A stretch of DNA of 63,869 nt, the filler included, from Neolecta irregularis DAH-3 (lineage: Eukaryota), in assembly GCA_001929475.1 (NCBI GenBank). It is 8 parts of 8 records of this genome, joined end to end, with 100 filler letters (N's around TTAATTAATTAA, not from the genome) between each part and the next. Parts side by side here need not be neighbours in the genome. Positions count along the whole stretch, not along the records: positions 22,084 to 33,590 come from LXFE01000312.1; positions 33,691 to 39,858 come from LXFE01000314.1; 6 more parts are not named here. One strand, given 5' to 3'. Under the pieces are notes generated by a model. That model saw only the letters and a program-made list of their open reading frames with translations. It made no database searches and was not told the DNA's origin. Below, in pieces: positions 24,950 through 37,628 of this stretch; position 1 is the stretch's first letter; the number at the start of each line of letters is the position of its first letter. Made by a program: the position numbers and the translations under genes.

Positions 24950-27900
24950 ATGGGCATCGATGCTGCAATGGCCGCTCCAGTCGCTTCCTCAGTATCGTCT
25001 ATCATCTGCGACCCGAATGACACCCCGCAATCGCTGATTGAAGCCGCAAAAGGGGATTACGAAAGTGTCATCGCACAATTGATGCGCGATAAGGCCAGCT
25101 TGTATACCCAGAATGGTATGAAGTTATTATGACAGTTTACGGGTTTGACAGCAAGGTCAGCTGTGGCGGCTTGTCGATAGGCAACGGACAATGTACATTG
25201 TCTTGCTCTATAGCCCTGACTACTTAGGGTTCTAGACTTACAGAGAGATTTTGAACGAGTATCCAAAGAACGCGACCGGTACCACCTAAAATCTAAACGA
25301 TATCGCGACGAAGCCCTCCGTACAACGATCTGCTCCTCTCAGTCTAATCTGTCCATCCAATCGTCAGATGCAACTGAGACAAACGTTGATACAAACGGCA
25401 AAAACTTGATCGAATCTGTTCGAAACTCCCAATTTGCAGATCGTGATATGCCACCTTCGACTGATGCTCCTTCAAGTATTCTAGAGCTCGCTGAGATTCC
25501 TCTCGTACCGGAATATCTGGCAAACAATGACGACATCGCTCCAAAAGGAGACAGCTTACCAAATGAACCAACCCGACGCCAGATGAGTCCACGCATGACA
25601 GCCAAGCACCCTCGACCGGTGCCTTTGCTTATCCCAAACGAACAGTTTAAACAAAAGCCCAACGGACCGCCTAGATCAACCTCATACGCCTGCGATCCGG
25701 AAGTAACGAAATACATACCGCTGCCCTATGGTCCGCCTAATTTCAACAACCCATCAAGTCCTCCCTTTTCATTCGCTGAGGATTCAATAAAAGAAAATGA
25801 GTCGTCTAGAAAAATTCCAGTTGACCCTGTTCCAAACCGCAATATCGTTAGCTTATACAGCTCAAATACTGACGATGAGAAATCGTCAGACTCTGCTACT
25901 GCTCCAGCGATAATTCCAGGAACAGAGCAAATAATGCGACGGCCCTTTGACTCATCGATACCTCGTCGTCCCCGTCTTCCATCTTTACGGAATTCGTCTA
26001 GTGTGTCTAGTCAACTTGATGATACATGGAGGGGTTCAGTAGAAGAAGCTAGTAGACAGCTCTCTGTTCATATTGAAGAAACTCACTTCCAACCCGAATC
26101 TCGTAAACATATGGAATCGTCGCATCCACTCTCAAATATCACACCCGTGGAACTCTCTCCAGACCGTCTACCTTTTCTTACATTCAAAGTTCTATCTACC
26201 TCTGGTTCGGTCAAGGATGAGGCCTTTTCTATAATTGGGGTCTTTCTAAGGGATAAGGAACTTTGGAGGGTTCATAAAACTCCTTCACAATTTCTCCAGT
26301 TGGATGAAGTCTTACAAGCTGACACCGAAGAACAATTACATGAAAGAGCGCTTTTTCATGGACTTGCTCCTATAAAAATTGACCAACGCAAGGTGCTGTC
26401 CTTTAACAACCAGCCGGCGCTAGAAGCATACTTCACAAATCTTACGCAGTCAAAACTTGGATCGCTCAGCGGATGTGCATTGTGTGACTTTCTTACTTCA
26501 AATATTGTGCGCGTGAAACTTGTAGAACATATTCGAGCCGCATCACTTGGATATGGGAAAAAGGAAGGATATCTCACTAAACGAGGCAAGAATTTTGGAG
26601 GCTGGAAGGTGAGATATTTCGTTCTTGACGGTCCTATATTGAGATACTACGAAAGTGTATGTTTTTAAACACTGGAAACCGTTTCACTGACACAATAGCC
26701 TATCGGCGCACACCTCGGAAACATTAAACTCCCCCAAGCCCAAATTGGCCGCCAGCAAGCGCAAGCATATCCTTCAAAAGACAAAAATTCCAACGACGAA
26801 AATGCATATCGTCACGCTTTTCTCGTCTTGGAAGCAAAACACGATTCTTCAAATTCCATCTCTAGACATGTTCTCTGCGCTGAAAGTGATGATGAAAGAG
26901 ACGAATGGATTGAGGCTCTGTTGAGGTACGTTGATGTCGATCTTCCCCGCCATCATACGGCAGATAAAGTCTATAAACGACGCCGGTTTCCGAAACGAGA
27001 TTATATTGAAAAGTATATTGATTCAGGTGATGAAGATGGTGAAACTTCTCAAAGACCCTTGGTTTCAAAACATAAAAAGGATCCAGAGCGTTCAACACCT
27101 AGTCCTACCAGACAGTTTGAAGAACCTGTGTCGCCTCCGCTAAAATTGATATCGGGACCGATGAATGGTACTCCGATTACCGATAAGTCTCAATGGGGTA
27201 CATCACATCTCCTTCATAAAGACAAAAACAAAAAGAAAAGTATCTGGGGCTTTGGCCGTAAGTTTCGATTTGTATTTTTAGGTTTTTGATGATAATCAGA
27301 TCATCATAAAGATCGGATGTCAAGGACCGTCGGCTCAGCCATGAGTCCAAGTCTTTCATCATACAACATCTCGGGACAAGCTCTGCCGCGCAGCGTTTTC
27401 GGCGTGCCTTTACCCGACGCAATTGAATCTTCACGAATTTTAGGCCGTCCAAACCTTCAAATTCCTGCTGTCTTATATCGATGCATTGAATTTCTTGACG
27501 CAAAGAATGCTTGGAAGGAAGAAGGCATTTATCGACTCAGTGGAAGTAATGCTGTGATCAAGTCTCTAAGGGACAAGTTCAATTCCCGTGTGCAATTTTG
27601 CCAAGAAACGTGCTAACGAATAGAGGGAGATTTCGACATGCTGAATGCAAATGAATGTTTCGATACCCATGCTGTGGCTGGTCTTCTGAAGATGTATCTA
27701 CGAGAGTTACCTATGAGTGTACTTAGTCGTGAACTTCACCCCGAGTTTCTCCACGTAATCGGTATTTTTATTTGTTCATGCACTGCTGATCGTAGAAACT
27801 CCGGATCAAACTGAGAAACTGAGAAAGATTCGTCTACTAGTTGAGGATCTTCCACCCCCGAACCTTGCGTTACTCAAAGTTTTATGTGGTCATTTACTCA

Positions 27901-28083
27901 AAGTCGTCGATAATTCAGATGAGAATAAAATGACTATTCGGAATGGTGATTTTCTCATTCTTAATCAATGCTTACAAATCAGTCGGCATTGTTTTCTCAC
28001 CCACCCTCAATATTCCAGCTGGCGTCTTCTCGTTATTTCTCACCGAGTATGACAGTATCTTTGGTGACCCACCAGTACGATAG
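24950..28083 (+). CDS. PX-PH-RhoGAP protein (Bem3/Rga2-like)
   Basis: QNGQLWRLV N-terminal coil, PX-like LWRVHK..LD..L, PH domain KEGYLTKRGKNFGGWKVRYFVL and LCAESDDERDEWIEAL, RhoGAP EEGIYRLSGS, AGLLKMYLRELP, NKMTIRNVGIVFSPTL. Confidence 0.9.
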
Positions 28084-29971
28084 TTAACCCCCACTCTACT
28101 CTTATTTTTGGATAATCAGGACATATGTAGCCTCTGGAAGGTTATCTCAACGGGCTGGGCGTTTATTTCTGCACCGTCATTATATATGCTTGTCTTTTCG
28201 TTCTTGAAACGGTCTTGCGGTTGTTCTTTTGCTTTCCATAATATTATAGGACGTATTCCTTTTTATATTTCATATATTATCCTGATCCCTCAACCTGATT
28301 TTAGCTCCGAGCTTCAATTATGCGTCCAAGGTATCTCTGCCTTATACTAGTCTTCCTTTTTGAATAGTTGTTTTAATCTGAATGTAGCTGCTTGAGACAC
28401 CAGGTGAATTTGGTCACCTATGTGATCAGAAATGAATATTTGCACATGTACAAGAGAATTTTTGTTTTGTTCCTTATCAATGATTTTCAAAATGAACTTT
28501 TATTGTAATTGGTGCTGCTGCCATCCGTGTGCATAAACATGCAAAACCAAAGTCATATCTACATATCCAGTCACTTGATATCTTAATCTAGGCGGAGTAG
28601 ATGACAAAATATTTCATCAGAAATTGTAAAACAATAAACAACTATTAGCTCTGACATTTACATCACTGACTCCAGCAAGCTTCTAATTCGGCAGGTAGAT
28701 ATATTTTGCTTTCTGCAGCACATGACTTTAATGACGCCAATTTCCGAAACGATGAACCTCAACTTTTAACCACTACCCAGACATTATAACTACGGCAATT
28801 GCCATAAACTTATAACGATTTGACCTTGAATGACCTATTGATGATTACACAGAGTCGGGTGTGCTTGGATGTGTGGATATCGAGATTCGTCATCTTGTAG
28901 AGACTCACCATCTTGCTTTGTCAAAAGCTTTGATTCTCCATTTAGTCTCTCAAGAGAGGAACGTTCAATTTGACGTTTGATTCTGACCTGCTGCTACTTG
29001 GAGAACGATATCAGAGATGACATGTATGTTTGTCGCAGTTATCAACCCCCTATTCAGTGCGAGATGTCACATACCATGAATGTATGATATCGTGAAGGTT
29101 GATTAATATCACTTATCTCGAAATGAGATGTTGTCTTTGTACATGCTACTATCACGTTGAGGTCTTGTCTGTTATCTTTCAGCACAATGTGATGATGTTG
29201 CCTTCGTATATGCAGCCATCGCGAATTGTCTTTAAATCTGAAACACGAACAGACTTTGCCTTTAGCAGCTATCACTAAGAGATGTTGCCCTCGTATATGC
29301 AGTTATCATGATGAGATATTGTCTTCGTATTGCAACTAGCCGATCAATGCTGTTTTGGACGATGAGTTCTTATCTTTGTATCTCAACTAGCATGGTTCGA
29401 TACTATCTCCATATCTCGAATCGAACAAGCACAAATTATAAATTTCTGGATCCCAAGATATCCTCCACTATTTGGATTGAAGGGATATTCTACGTATTAT
29501 GCATCGCAATGTTTTCCGTCATGTTTCCTGAACTCCATGAATAATTTATTCATGGACAAGTTCTTCTTGTGACAAGTTGCATAAAATCATCAAGCCGTTC
29601 AAACTAGATACCCTTGAAGACTTTTACCATTGTTCTGAAAAAATGCATAAATGCTAGAGATCTTTCCTTGATCCTGTTTATGTACTTTATTGCGTGGAAT
29701 GTTGATCATCTCAAGCTGAGGAATTGCATGTGAAGTTTCCCTGCTTCTATTCTACATAGAAATCTTCCAGGTCATATTCAATATCCAACAGATGTTATCA
29801 AGTAATACTTGATCACCAATTCAATGTCATCTTTCTCCGTCACGTCTACATAATTATTGTTCCTTTGTTGCGGTGGTGCCATAATGACGTGAGAAAAGAG
29901 GGCCCCCAAGCATAAAAGGGCCCCTCCCCACTTCCGTCTCTTTTCCTCTACCATCGTGTGCTTGATTCAAA

Positions 29972-30505
29972 ATGTTCTTGCTTCTTGCACTTTTAGTACT
30001 ATCCATACTCTACAGCTACATACTCAAACCAACACTCTCTACTGAGATGCCTGGGCAATATCCAATGACTTGTTCTTCAGTCCCTGTTGAGCAAAATCAC
30101 AACACCGACAAACCTAGTCTGCTCGAACAGACTTCTAATATCTCTCAACAACTTAATTTCACTGAATGGTCATGGTCATTGGAGAAAGAACAGCAATACT
30201 ATCTTGCAAGGTACTATACTCCAGTTGCAGTTCTATTTGCGCCTCTCAGTTATCCGCGTGTATTTAATACTATTCAAGGATGCAATGGTTGCAAGTTTGC
30301 CCCATCTCCTAATGCTCCTCGCCCGCGGAAAATACTCAAGATAGGGATAATAATTGAGAACCATGGAAGAGTTGTGAGCTTCAATGAAGTTGTTCAAGTC
30401 AATGTCATTCATTGTCACGACGAGGATGGAAACAACCTGGACTTGTACACGAGTGATTGGAAGACACAACAAGATGATATCCATGAACAAATTGAAGAGC
30501 AATGA
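29972..30505 (+). CDS. Intronless orphan ORF with N-terminal signal/anchor (177 aa)
   Basis: MFLLLALLVLSILYSYIL hydrophobic start and a CxxC. No family recognised. Confidence 0.5.
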   Translation: MFLLLALLVLSILYSYILKPTLSTEMPGQYPMTCSSVPVEQNHNTDKPSLLEQTSNISQQLNFTEWSWSLEKEQQYYLARYYTPVAVLFAPLSYPRVFNTIQGCNGCKFAPSPNAPRPRKILKIGIIIENHGRVVSFNEVVQVNVIHCHDEDGNNLDLYTSDWKTQQDDIHEQIEEQ

Positions 30506-30896
30506 AGATGAAGTAAGTCAATTCATATATCCTTTGATCTAATCATTGTTGGAATGAAAATAACTCTTGTTGAAGGGATGTGTGGTTTGTCCAATTCGAC
30601 TAGTGACCAATCTAACGGAAATCATCTAACTTTTTAACATAAAGCAGTTCCCTTTAAGTTTTCTTCTAGCTTTGTAGGGCATCTTCATGTTGGATGGAGA
30701 TATGAAAACGGAATATCAAAGATGAGCCCCGGCTTGAGATGGAAGCGATGCGAATGAGGAAAATTTCCTTGGAAAAGCATAAATTGGATTACACTGTTAC
30801 TGGAATAGATAGTTTTTTTCTTATAGAATCAATTTTTTGGTCATAAACTGCACGCCTCTGTCGATCTTTTGGCCATCTTTCCAGTCCAGTTATATC

Positions 30897-31010
30897 CAAT
30901 GTTGCGGATGGGCCAAGACCGGCCCATGCAGTGTTAGCAATGGGCCATGGACTTAAACCAGTCCATTAAAACCCCATGGGCTGCGAAAAAGCCCGACCCA
31001 TTAGGGTTAG
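30897..31010. mobile_element. Possible hAT-like terminal fragment ending in TTAGGGTTAG
   Basis: CAATGTTGCG / CAGTGTT starts and short palindromic ATGGGCC / GGCCCAT / CCCATGGG motifs. Confidence 0.35.
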
Positions 31011-31059
31011 AGTCAAGTTGAGATGGAAATCTTTCACTAACATCTATCACAACTCAATC

Positions 31060-32700
31060 GAATGACTCAATTGCCATATTCAAAAACTTCCTTCAGTTTA
31101 CGCAGGAACACCTAGACACCCCTATTCTTCAGATCCCTCAAATCATTCAAATCCCTCCCCCCAACCTCCTCGAAAAACCAGTGCCCCTCACTCAAGACTC
31201 CTTTGCAGACGCAGTCCGACGAACGATTCCCACTGCAGGACTACTCCCACTTGTCGCTCGCCCAAAGGATAGAAGGGTCTCGTCCCTGCCGCCCCAACCT
31301 GCTGCCTAGCCCGGTAGATCGGCTCGTACGCCTGCAGTCAGCACTACGCCTCAAAATCGCGATTCACCCACCTGGAATAGCCCCCCAGCACGTATTCCTT
31401 CTTCTCCATCACAGACCCCGCACACAGTGGCACTCCGCGTATTCCCGTCTTCGCAAAACACCGCCACCTCGCCCCCGCGCCCATTTGCTCATCCACTAAC
31501 CACTGGCTGTGGGGGAGGCCGGGGCGGAGAGGGCTGCAGGGATGATACGGCGCTTGAGCGCAGGTTGGAGACAAATTTGAAGAATCTCGTCGCCATGATC
31601 CAATAATACTGGAAAGGTGTTGTTTGCATTGTTCGACGGCTATTTACGAAATAGATTTCGCTACAGGAATTTCTAGACTTCATCCACGAATTAGAAATTG
31701 TTCGCAATGCTCCTATGCTGAATGAATATGCTCGGACGCAAGCACAAGAATTCGTCCAAAGAGGATTGGGGAAGAAGTCAGCATTGGAGATCCCAGAAAC
31801 TAGATTCGGGAGTTAGGGGTGGGTAGCTCCGTGCGCCAGCTGAGAGAGTCCCGACTCCCAGAAGAATATCTTTGAAAGCAGTCCATTGAAAAAACAGCCC
31901 AATGTCACTTGGCACTGCTAGACCTTATTCCGGTATGATGAATCAAATTCCTCACAAACCCCAAGGAAGATATCAAACTTCGGCTGCTATCGGAATCGTT
32001 GGCGATGAAGGGATTGAAGGTCTTTCGGCTCTATGCGTTTTATAGAGCTCGCCCAATGCCATGAGAATCATAGTCACCCCATCGAAGCTGGACATCGATC
32101 CAAAACTTATCAGTCGTAGTACCATCAATTTGATCGCGGGAATCATTCAAGAGCGAAGGCTTCGAGACATTCCATCTGTAAGTGTTCAAGAATGCCTTCT
32201 ACACCACCAAGGGCATAATAATTCCAGACGGATAGTCTCTAGAATATGGTGTTGTGGTCACTGACATTTTGTAAGACAAAGCCGCGGGCTGGGTTCAGAT
32301 TTTTGGACGACCACGACCACGACTGCGACCCCGACATCCGTTATTTCGGAGACAAGAGATGAATACCCCGGATTTCCATGAGCTGTACCTCCTCGAGGAA
32401 GGGATGAAAAAGTATCAAGCTTTATTATAGAAGCGAAACTAATGGTCACGAGTCGTGGTGGAGGATGAAGATGACGATGAAGATGCGGCAGGTGCAGGGC
32501 AACTAGTGAGGACTGCTTTGTGCAAGAGGGCTGTCGGTGCTTTCCGAGGGCAGCGTTGACGGAGTGCAATGGCAGCAGAAGCTGGAGATCCCAGTCGTGA
32601 GCGGGTGTCTGGAGGCCTAAGCTGGCCGCCAAGGAGTAGATCTTTTGTAGGCAGGGCAGGAAATAGTCAATTGACAATAATTGAATTACAATATTATTGT
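31060..32700 (+). pseudogene. Long degenerate reading frame(s) of unknown family
   Basis: Coding-like stretches of 60-100 codons interrupted mainly by TAA/TAG, plus frameshifts. Confidence 0.45.
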
Positions 32701-32801
32701 TGAATTACACCCTTTACGTCTGGCATTACCTTTGAGTAATGACACCAATATCTGCAAAAGTCTCGCTGACTTTCCGTGGCGCCTAAAACATCAGATGACT
32801 T

Positions 32802-33227
32802 TTAAATCCCACTAACCCGAATCTTCTTGATCCTGTAGTATTTACGCAGCGTGAAATTAAGATATTCCGCGGGCACAATTTCCACCTCCGATCCTTCATC
32901 AAATAGGTAGCAGTCGTGGTTGTCGATATAGGCGTGTCGAAGATCGTTTACCATCATGAAAGAACCACACGAAAGGTCCTTGAAGCAGGCCAAAGCACAT
33001 CGATCTTCACTATTGGAATAGATATGATGTAATCGATTATTAATATCGATAGTGTCAGATTTCATATCAACCCAGGATTGGATAATTTGAGATGGGTGCA
33101 AATATTGGGGATCTACTGCGGTGAAATCGTAATTCTCATCCCTAACAAATTTCTCATCAAGAAATGCATGATGTACTGCAAAGGAAAGCTTTCCACACAA
33201 GGCGATTAACAAAATGATCGACAACAT
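32802..33227 (-). CDS. Small secreted PAN/apple-domain protein (141 aa), intronless
   Basis: Signal peptide MLSIILLIALCGKLSFA; CALAC-x5-CGSF...CYL Cys pattern of PAN/apple modules. Confidence 0.7.
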   Translation of the reverse strand: MLSIILLIALCGKLSFAVHHAFLDEKFVRDENYDFTAVDPQYLHPSQIIQSWVDMKSDTIDINNRLHHIYSNSEDRCALACFKDLSCGSFMMVNDLRHAYIDNHDCYLFDEGSEVEIVPAEYLNFTLRKYYRIKKIRVSGI

Positions 33228-33855
33228 GGTTCGCGACAAATTGAAAAAGATTTAGGGCACCTCGTCCTTAAATAACATTTTACAATCCGAAAAGAGCAAA
33301 TGACTAACTCTTCTTGAAACCAAATGCTTCTGAATGCGGGCATTGCAGTTGAAATATTCGTTTGAGGCTGAATCTTAATATGATATGTCCTGGTCTGGAA
33401 AGTGATCACGACGAAAAGAGCAACATCATGTTTCATCAACCGCATTCGGCTATCCCGAGGTCATGCCTTTTTCTTCATGGGAAAGCCGACAATATCTTCG
33501 CAATTTGGGTCCAGATGTTCAACTGGTAGCGTTGAATAGATAAACTTCATTTCTCTCAGAATCATTAGCAGATGATATCTGAGCCAAAAGNNNNNNNNNN
33601 NNNNNNNNNNNNNNNNNNNNNNNNNNNNNNNNNNTTAATTAATTAANNNNNNNNNNNNNNNNNNNNNNNNNNNNNNNNNNNNNNNNNNNNGCGGCGCGCT
33701 GGCGCTGGCGGTGCTGCTGCTGCTGCTGCTGCTGCTGCTGTGTGCGCGTCTGCGAGTCCAGCGAGGCGTAGCGCTGCATGCAGAGACGGCGGGGAGGCGG
33801 CAGGCGGCAGGCGGCGCGTGGACGGGCAGAGGTTGCTGTCTCCCGCCGCCCCTTG

Positions 33856-34262
33856 CATCCCTCCTACTTATCCCTCCTATCACTTATCCCTATCCACCCT
33901 CTATCCCTCTATCACTTATCCCTATCCACCCTCTATCCCTCTATCCACCCTTCTACTTATCCCTCTATCCACCCTCTATCCCTCTATCCACCCTTCTACT
34001 TATCCCTCTATCCACCCTCTATCCCTCTACCCACCCTTCTACTTATCCCTCTATCCACCCTTCTACTTATCCCTCTATCACTTATCCCTATCCACCCTTC
34101 TACTTATCCCTCTATCCACCCTCTATCCCTCTATCCACCCTTCTACTTATCCCTCTATCACTTATCCCTATTCACCCTTCCACTTATCCCTCTATCACTT
34201 ATCCCTATCCACCCTTCTACTTATCCCTCTACACTTACCCTCCTCCCCTACCTTATCCACCA
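33856..34262. repeat. 407-nt G-free modular minisatellite
   Basis: Shuffled CTATCCACCCT, CTATCCCT, TCTACTTATCCCT and ATCACTTATCCCT units; no G on the + strand from 33856 to 34262. Confidence 0.9.
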
Positions 34263-34809
34263 GGGTTATGCATCCTTAATCCTTACATCTCCCCAAATAT
34301 CACTCGTGAATGCCTTGCTCGTGAACTTTAGTATTCCAATTTCTCCTATTGTGCTCCAAAATTTCATTGCCAGTACTTGGCACTCACAATATCATAACTG
34401 GTGACACGCAGGTTTGATTGTACTGTTCACATGACAATTGACTCCTATTAATACATCATACTAGTTAATTTTGGAAACCGGTTGGGCTCGTTACAGTACG
34501 CGGTCCCGATAGCCAGATTCTTTGATGATTAGAAATTAGCACAAATCCTATTTACACACGGTCAACACCAATATTAAAGAAACAAAATTAGGAATTAGCC
34601 TCACTCCCAAGGCAAACAACAAACGTTTCTCATGAGGAAAGAAAAATAGCATGCCTCTTTGCACTGGCGTAGCACCGTTGGATAACCACCATTTCACTAT
34701 CCAGCAGGCCTAGATGAACGCTGCTGCAATCGTAAAGACTTTCTAGGACCATTCTTCGTGGTGTCTAAATCCCTTCGTTATGTTAGAATTCGTTTGATGA
34801 GCGATAATA

Positions 34810-36130
34810 TTACCTAATGCTGTCATTAGACAATGTCGGGCTATCTTCATCTTCACTTCTGTCATCATCTACTTCTCCACCTCGAAGTACTTTGATGATA
34901 ATTTTAATGATTAAGAAGAACCAATAGCAGATGATTGTTTGCAATCCAACAAGCAAACAGATAAACCCTATATGAACTTGGCTGGTGAAATAGATGCCTT
35001 TATCCGGCGCCCATTGGTATGGCAGGTGACGGGCTGCATGGAAGATGGCCGAATAGATTATGCGACCGAAAATGATATGGCGAGTTAGGACCCAACTTGC
35101 AGTAAATAGACCAAAGCATACATCGCAGAGCTTTGGAAGATTCATGTATTTGAGACATTTAGCCAGCTAGGAGAGGTCAAGATCGAATGGAAGCAGGAGA
35201 ATGTACCGCCAAAAAAATGTCTGCAAAATCCATTGTACAAAAGACTACATGCCCGATTTCGGTAAAGTTGTAAGCATAGGAAAGAATGATGAGACTGCAA
35301 GTGAGAAGATGGTGTCCAAACATTGGAACATGATCTTTCCTCCGTTCTTCCATATTCAATACAAGTATCTGCTGCAGCCAAAACCCTGTTTGCATGAGAT
35401 AGTAAAGTTTGGCAAAGGCTGGAATTTCGGGTGTGGGCGGTTTGGCTGACCACAAAGCTTCCACGTTCATCCAATAGGGCGCCGAGTATAACATTGTCTA
35501 ATAATCAATAGATGCAGCGGGTACCACTCACAATCCCAACAAACCAAGAACCTATAAAATACAAACAGCTCCAGGCCTGCTCAGCAAAACGCTCGAGAGA
35601 TCTCCGCTTACCGATACCCCACCACCGAGCGAATCGAATTAAAAAAAACTCCATTACTACTGCACGAGAAAATGTGAACCCTAAAATGCATGTGAATATA
35701 AATTTTGCGTCATCGAGTCCTTTCAAATAGCAATCCGTTCCGGGATCGTAATATGACAAATGAAAAAATGAACTCCCATGCTCCGGGGACACCGTATTGA
35801 GTGCCAAAAGAATCAATAAAGCTGTGGCTGACAGCTCTAACAGGTTAGCTGCACAGATGCCAAAGCGATACCCATCTCATTTTTCATGGTATAACGAACT
35901 GCCCGAGAAAAGAATGACATGATGACTGGATAATTTGTGCTGGACGGGACATCATTTACAGCGCGATGCCTCAAGGTGGACTTTGGTTTTGGTTTTTTAG
36001 GTGGCGAAGGTTCCCGAACTATTTGGACTGAGGCAAATTTCATACGACGATATTCTTTGGCGCTTCTAGTTGACTTCCAGAGTGATTGCGCTGTGAGGTT
36101 AGATATCAAGGCCGATATGTCATGTTGCAT
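34810..36130 (-). CDS. Ceramide synthase (TLC domain, Lag1/Lac1 family), 4 exons
   Basis: KGLDDAKF, RFAEQAW, YYLMQTGFWLQQ, EERRKDHVPMFGHH, MDFADIFLA, DDRSEDED. Confidence 0.93.
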
Positions 36131-37628
36131 GGTTGAATTAAGTGGGAAACATGTTTTGGAGGTTGGGCTTTTGAGGACTTCGAGTTCACATCCCCTAGTC
36201 CGCGGCAATCTAAGCGACTTAACCGCAGATCATCACACAAAGCTTATACTAGTATATCTAAATACGAGTCGTTATCATCTACAACCACTCGGCGCGTATA
36301 CCACTTTAGGAGGGCTTGCGACTTACAAGAAATATCAAATCGAAGGGAGCATGATTTCAAGATCCGATATCGCTTTTCACCCTTATCTATAAAGCATCAT
36401 CATACCCCACCGCCTCAGTCATCAGTATACACTGACACGCAATCACCAGTCATTCAACAGCACACTATATTTTCTAGTCTGACTTGAGCCAGCTAAGCGC
36501 CGTCCATGTGTTGTTGCTTAAAGAAAACACATGTTTTAAACCTCGGCGCTGTGTGATTTTCTTGTGCTACGTACACCAGTATAAGAGTCTCAACGATACT
36601 CTGTTCCAATGACAATAATTCCCAGTATTTCGTGAGCTCATAAAAGTTCATCCCCATTAGTTAATACTTGGCTCGTTACGAACGCCTGGCAGCAGATGTC
36701 ATTCATTACAACATTCACCCGCCATAATCACATTGTGACAATCATCTAATACTGTGACACATACTCGTTAAATGAAATTTCCATAAAGCACAATCCATCC
36801 ATCCAGTATTGAACTAACTAGACTGTTGACTTGATGGCGTTGTAGATTGAAAAAAACACTACTTTCATATTCACAACAGTCAGATATCAGAGAAGAAAAC
36901 ATCATGGGATGTTTGATCAATTGGCCGGAGCTTCAAGACATGATTCACAACACAAGAAATGTGAGGGTAGGACATCATCAAGGGTTTATCACGACATACA
37001 AAAGACCTTGCGTCGCTGCAGACCATGCAGGAAATGGACGGTGTGAAACCAAGATGTGCCTGTGTTTTAGCAGATATGACATGAGCCATCAGCTGCAGCA
37101 TAGAAGGCTGTGCGATTATCGACGGGAGACGAATGAATCAAGACATACGCGTGGTGCTGAGAACGTGCAACGGGTTGAAATCAACTCTAGCGGTATGATA
37201 CAACAAGCTTGGCAGTGTGGAAAGATATCAACCAATGTCGACCCAAAATAATATTCCCGCTTGGCCATTGCCGAACAAGCTAGGTATTTGATAGTCGTAC
37301 TAATGGTCCTAATGTTGAAAAATAAAGACCGTAGTAAGTTGACAAGTCGTGGTGAGATAGTTATGGATGTACAATTCCCTTATTGTACTCTATAGAATTC
37401 ATGATTGCTATGGCAGAGACCGATTTGACAAACTTGATTCAGACAAAGACCTTCGTTCGGCGACGAGCGTATTGAATTTTGAATCCAGATGGTAAGGAAC
37501 GTGTCTTGGCATTAAATTCGTTCGTCGCGGATCATATTCTCCAAATGAGTCTATTACAGTTCATGCACTGAAGAAGACTGAAACCGAAAAAGTGGACCTG
37601 TGATTGATTCGATTAACCGACTACTCGG

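Noticed and set aside
16204..32700. Stop-codon reassignment to explain in-frame stops
   Set aside because: All three stop types occur together with frameshifts, and intact genes terminate at TAA, TAG and TGA. Pseudogenisation is sufficient.
33711..34404. Three ~200-aa ORFs with PSIPLS / YPSIH repeats
   Set aside because: By-products of the G-free satellite, which contains no stop codons; there is no evidence they are coding.
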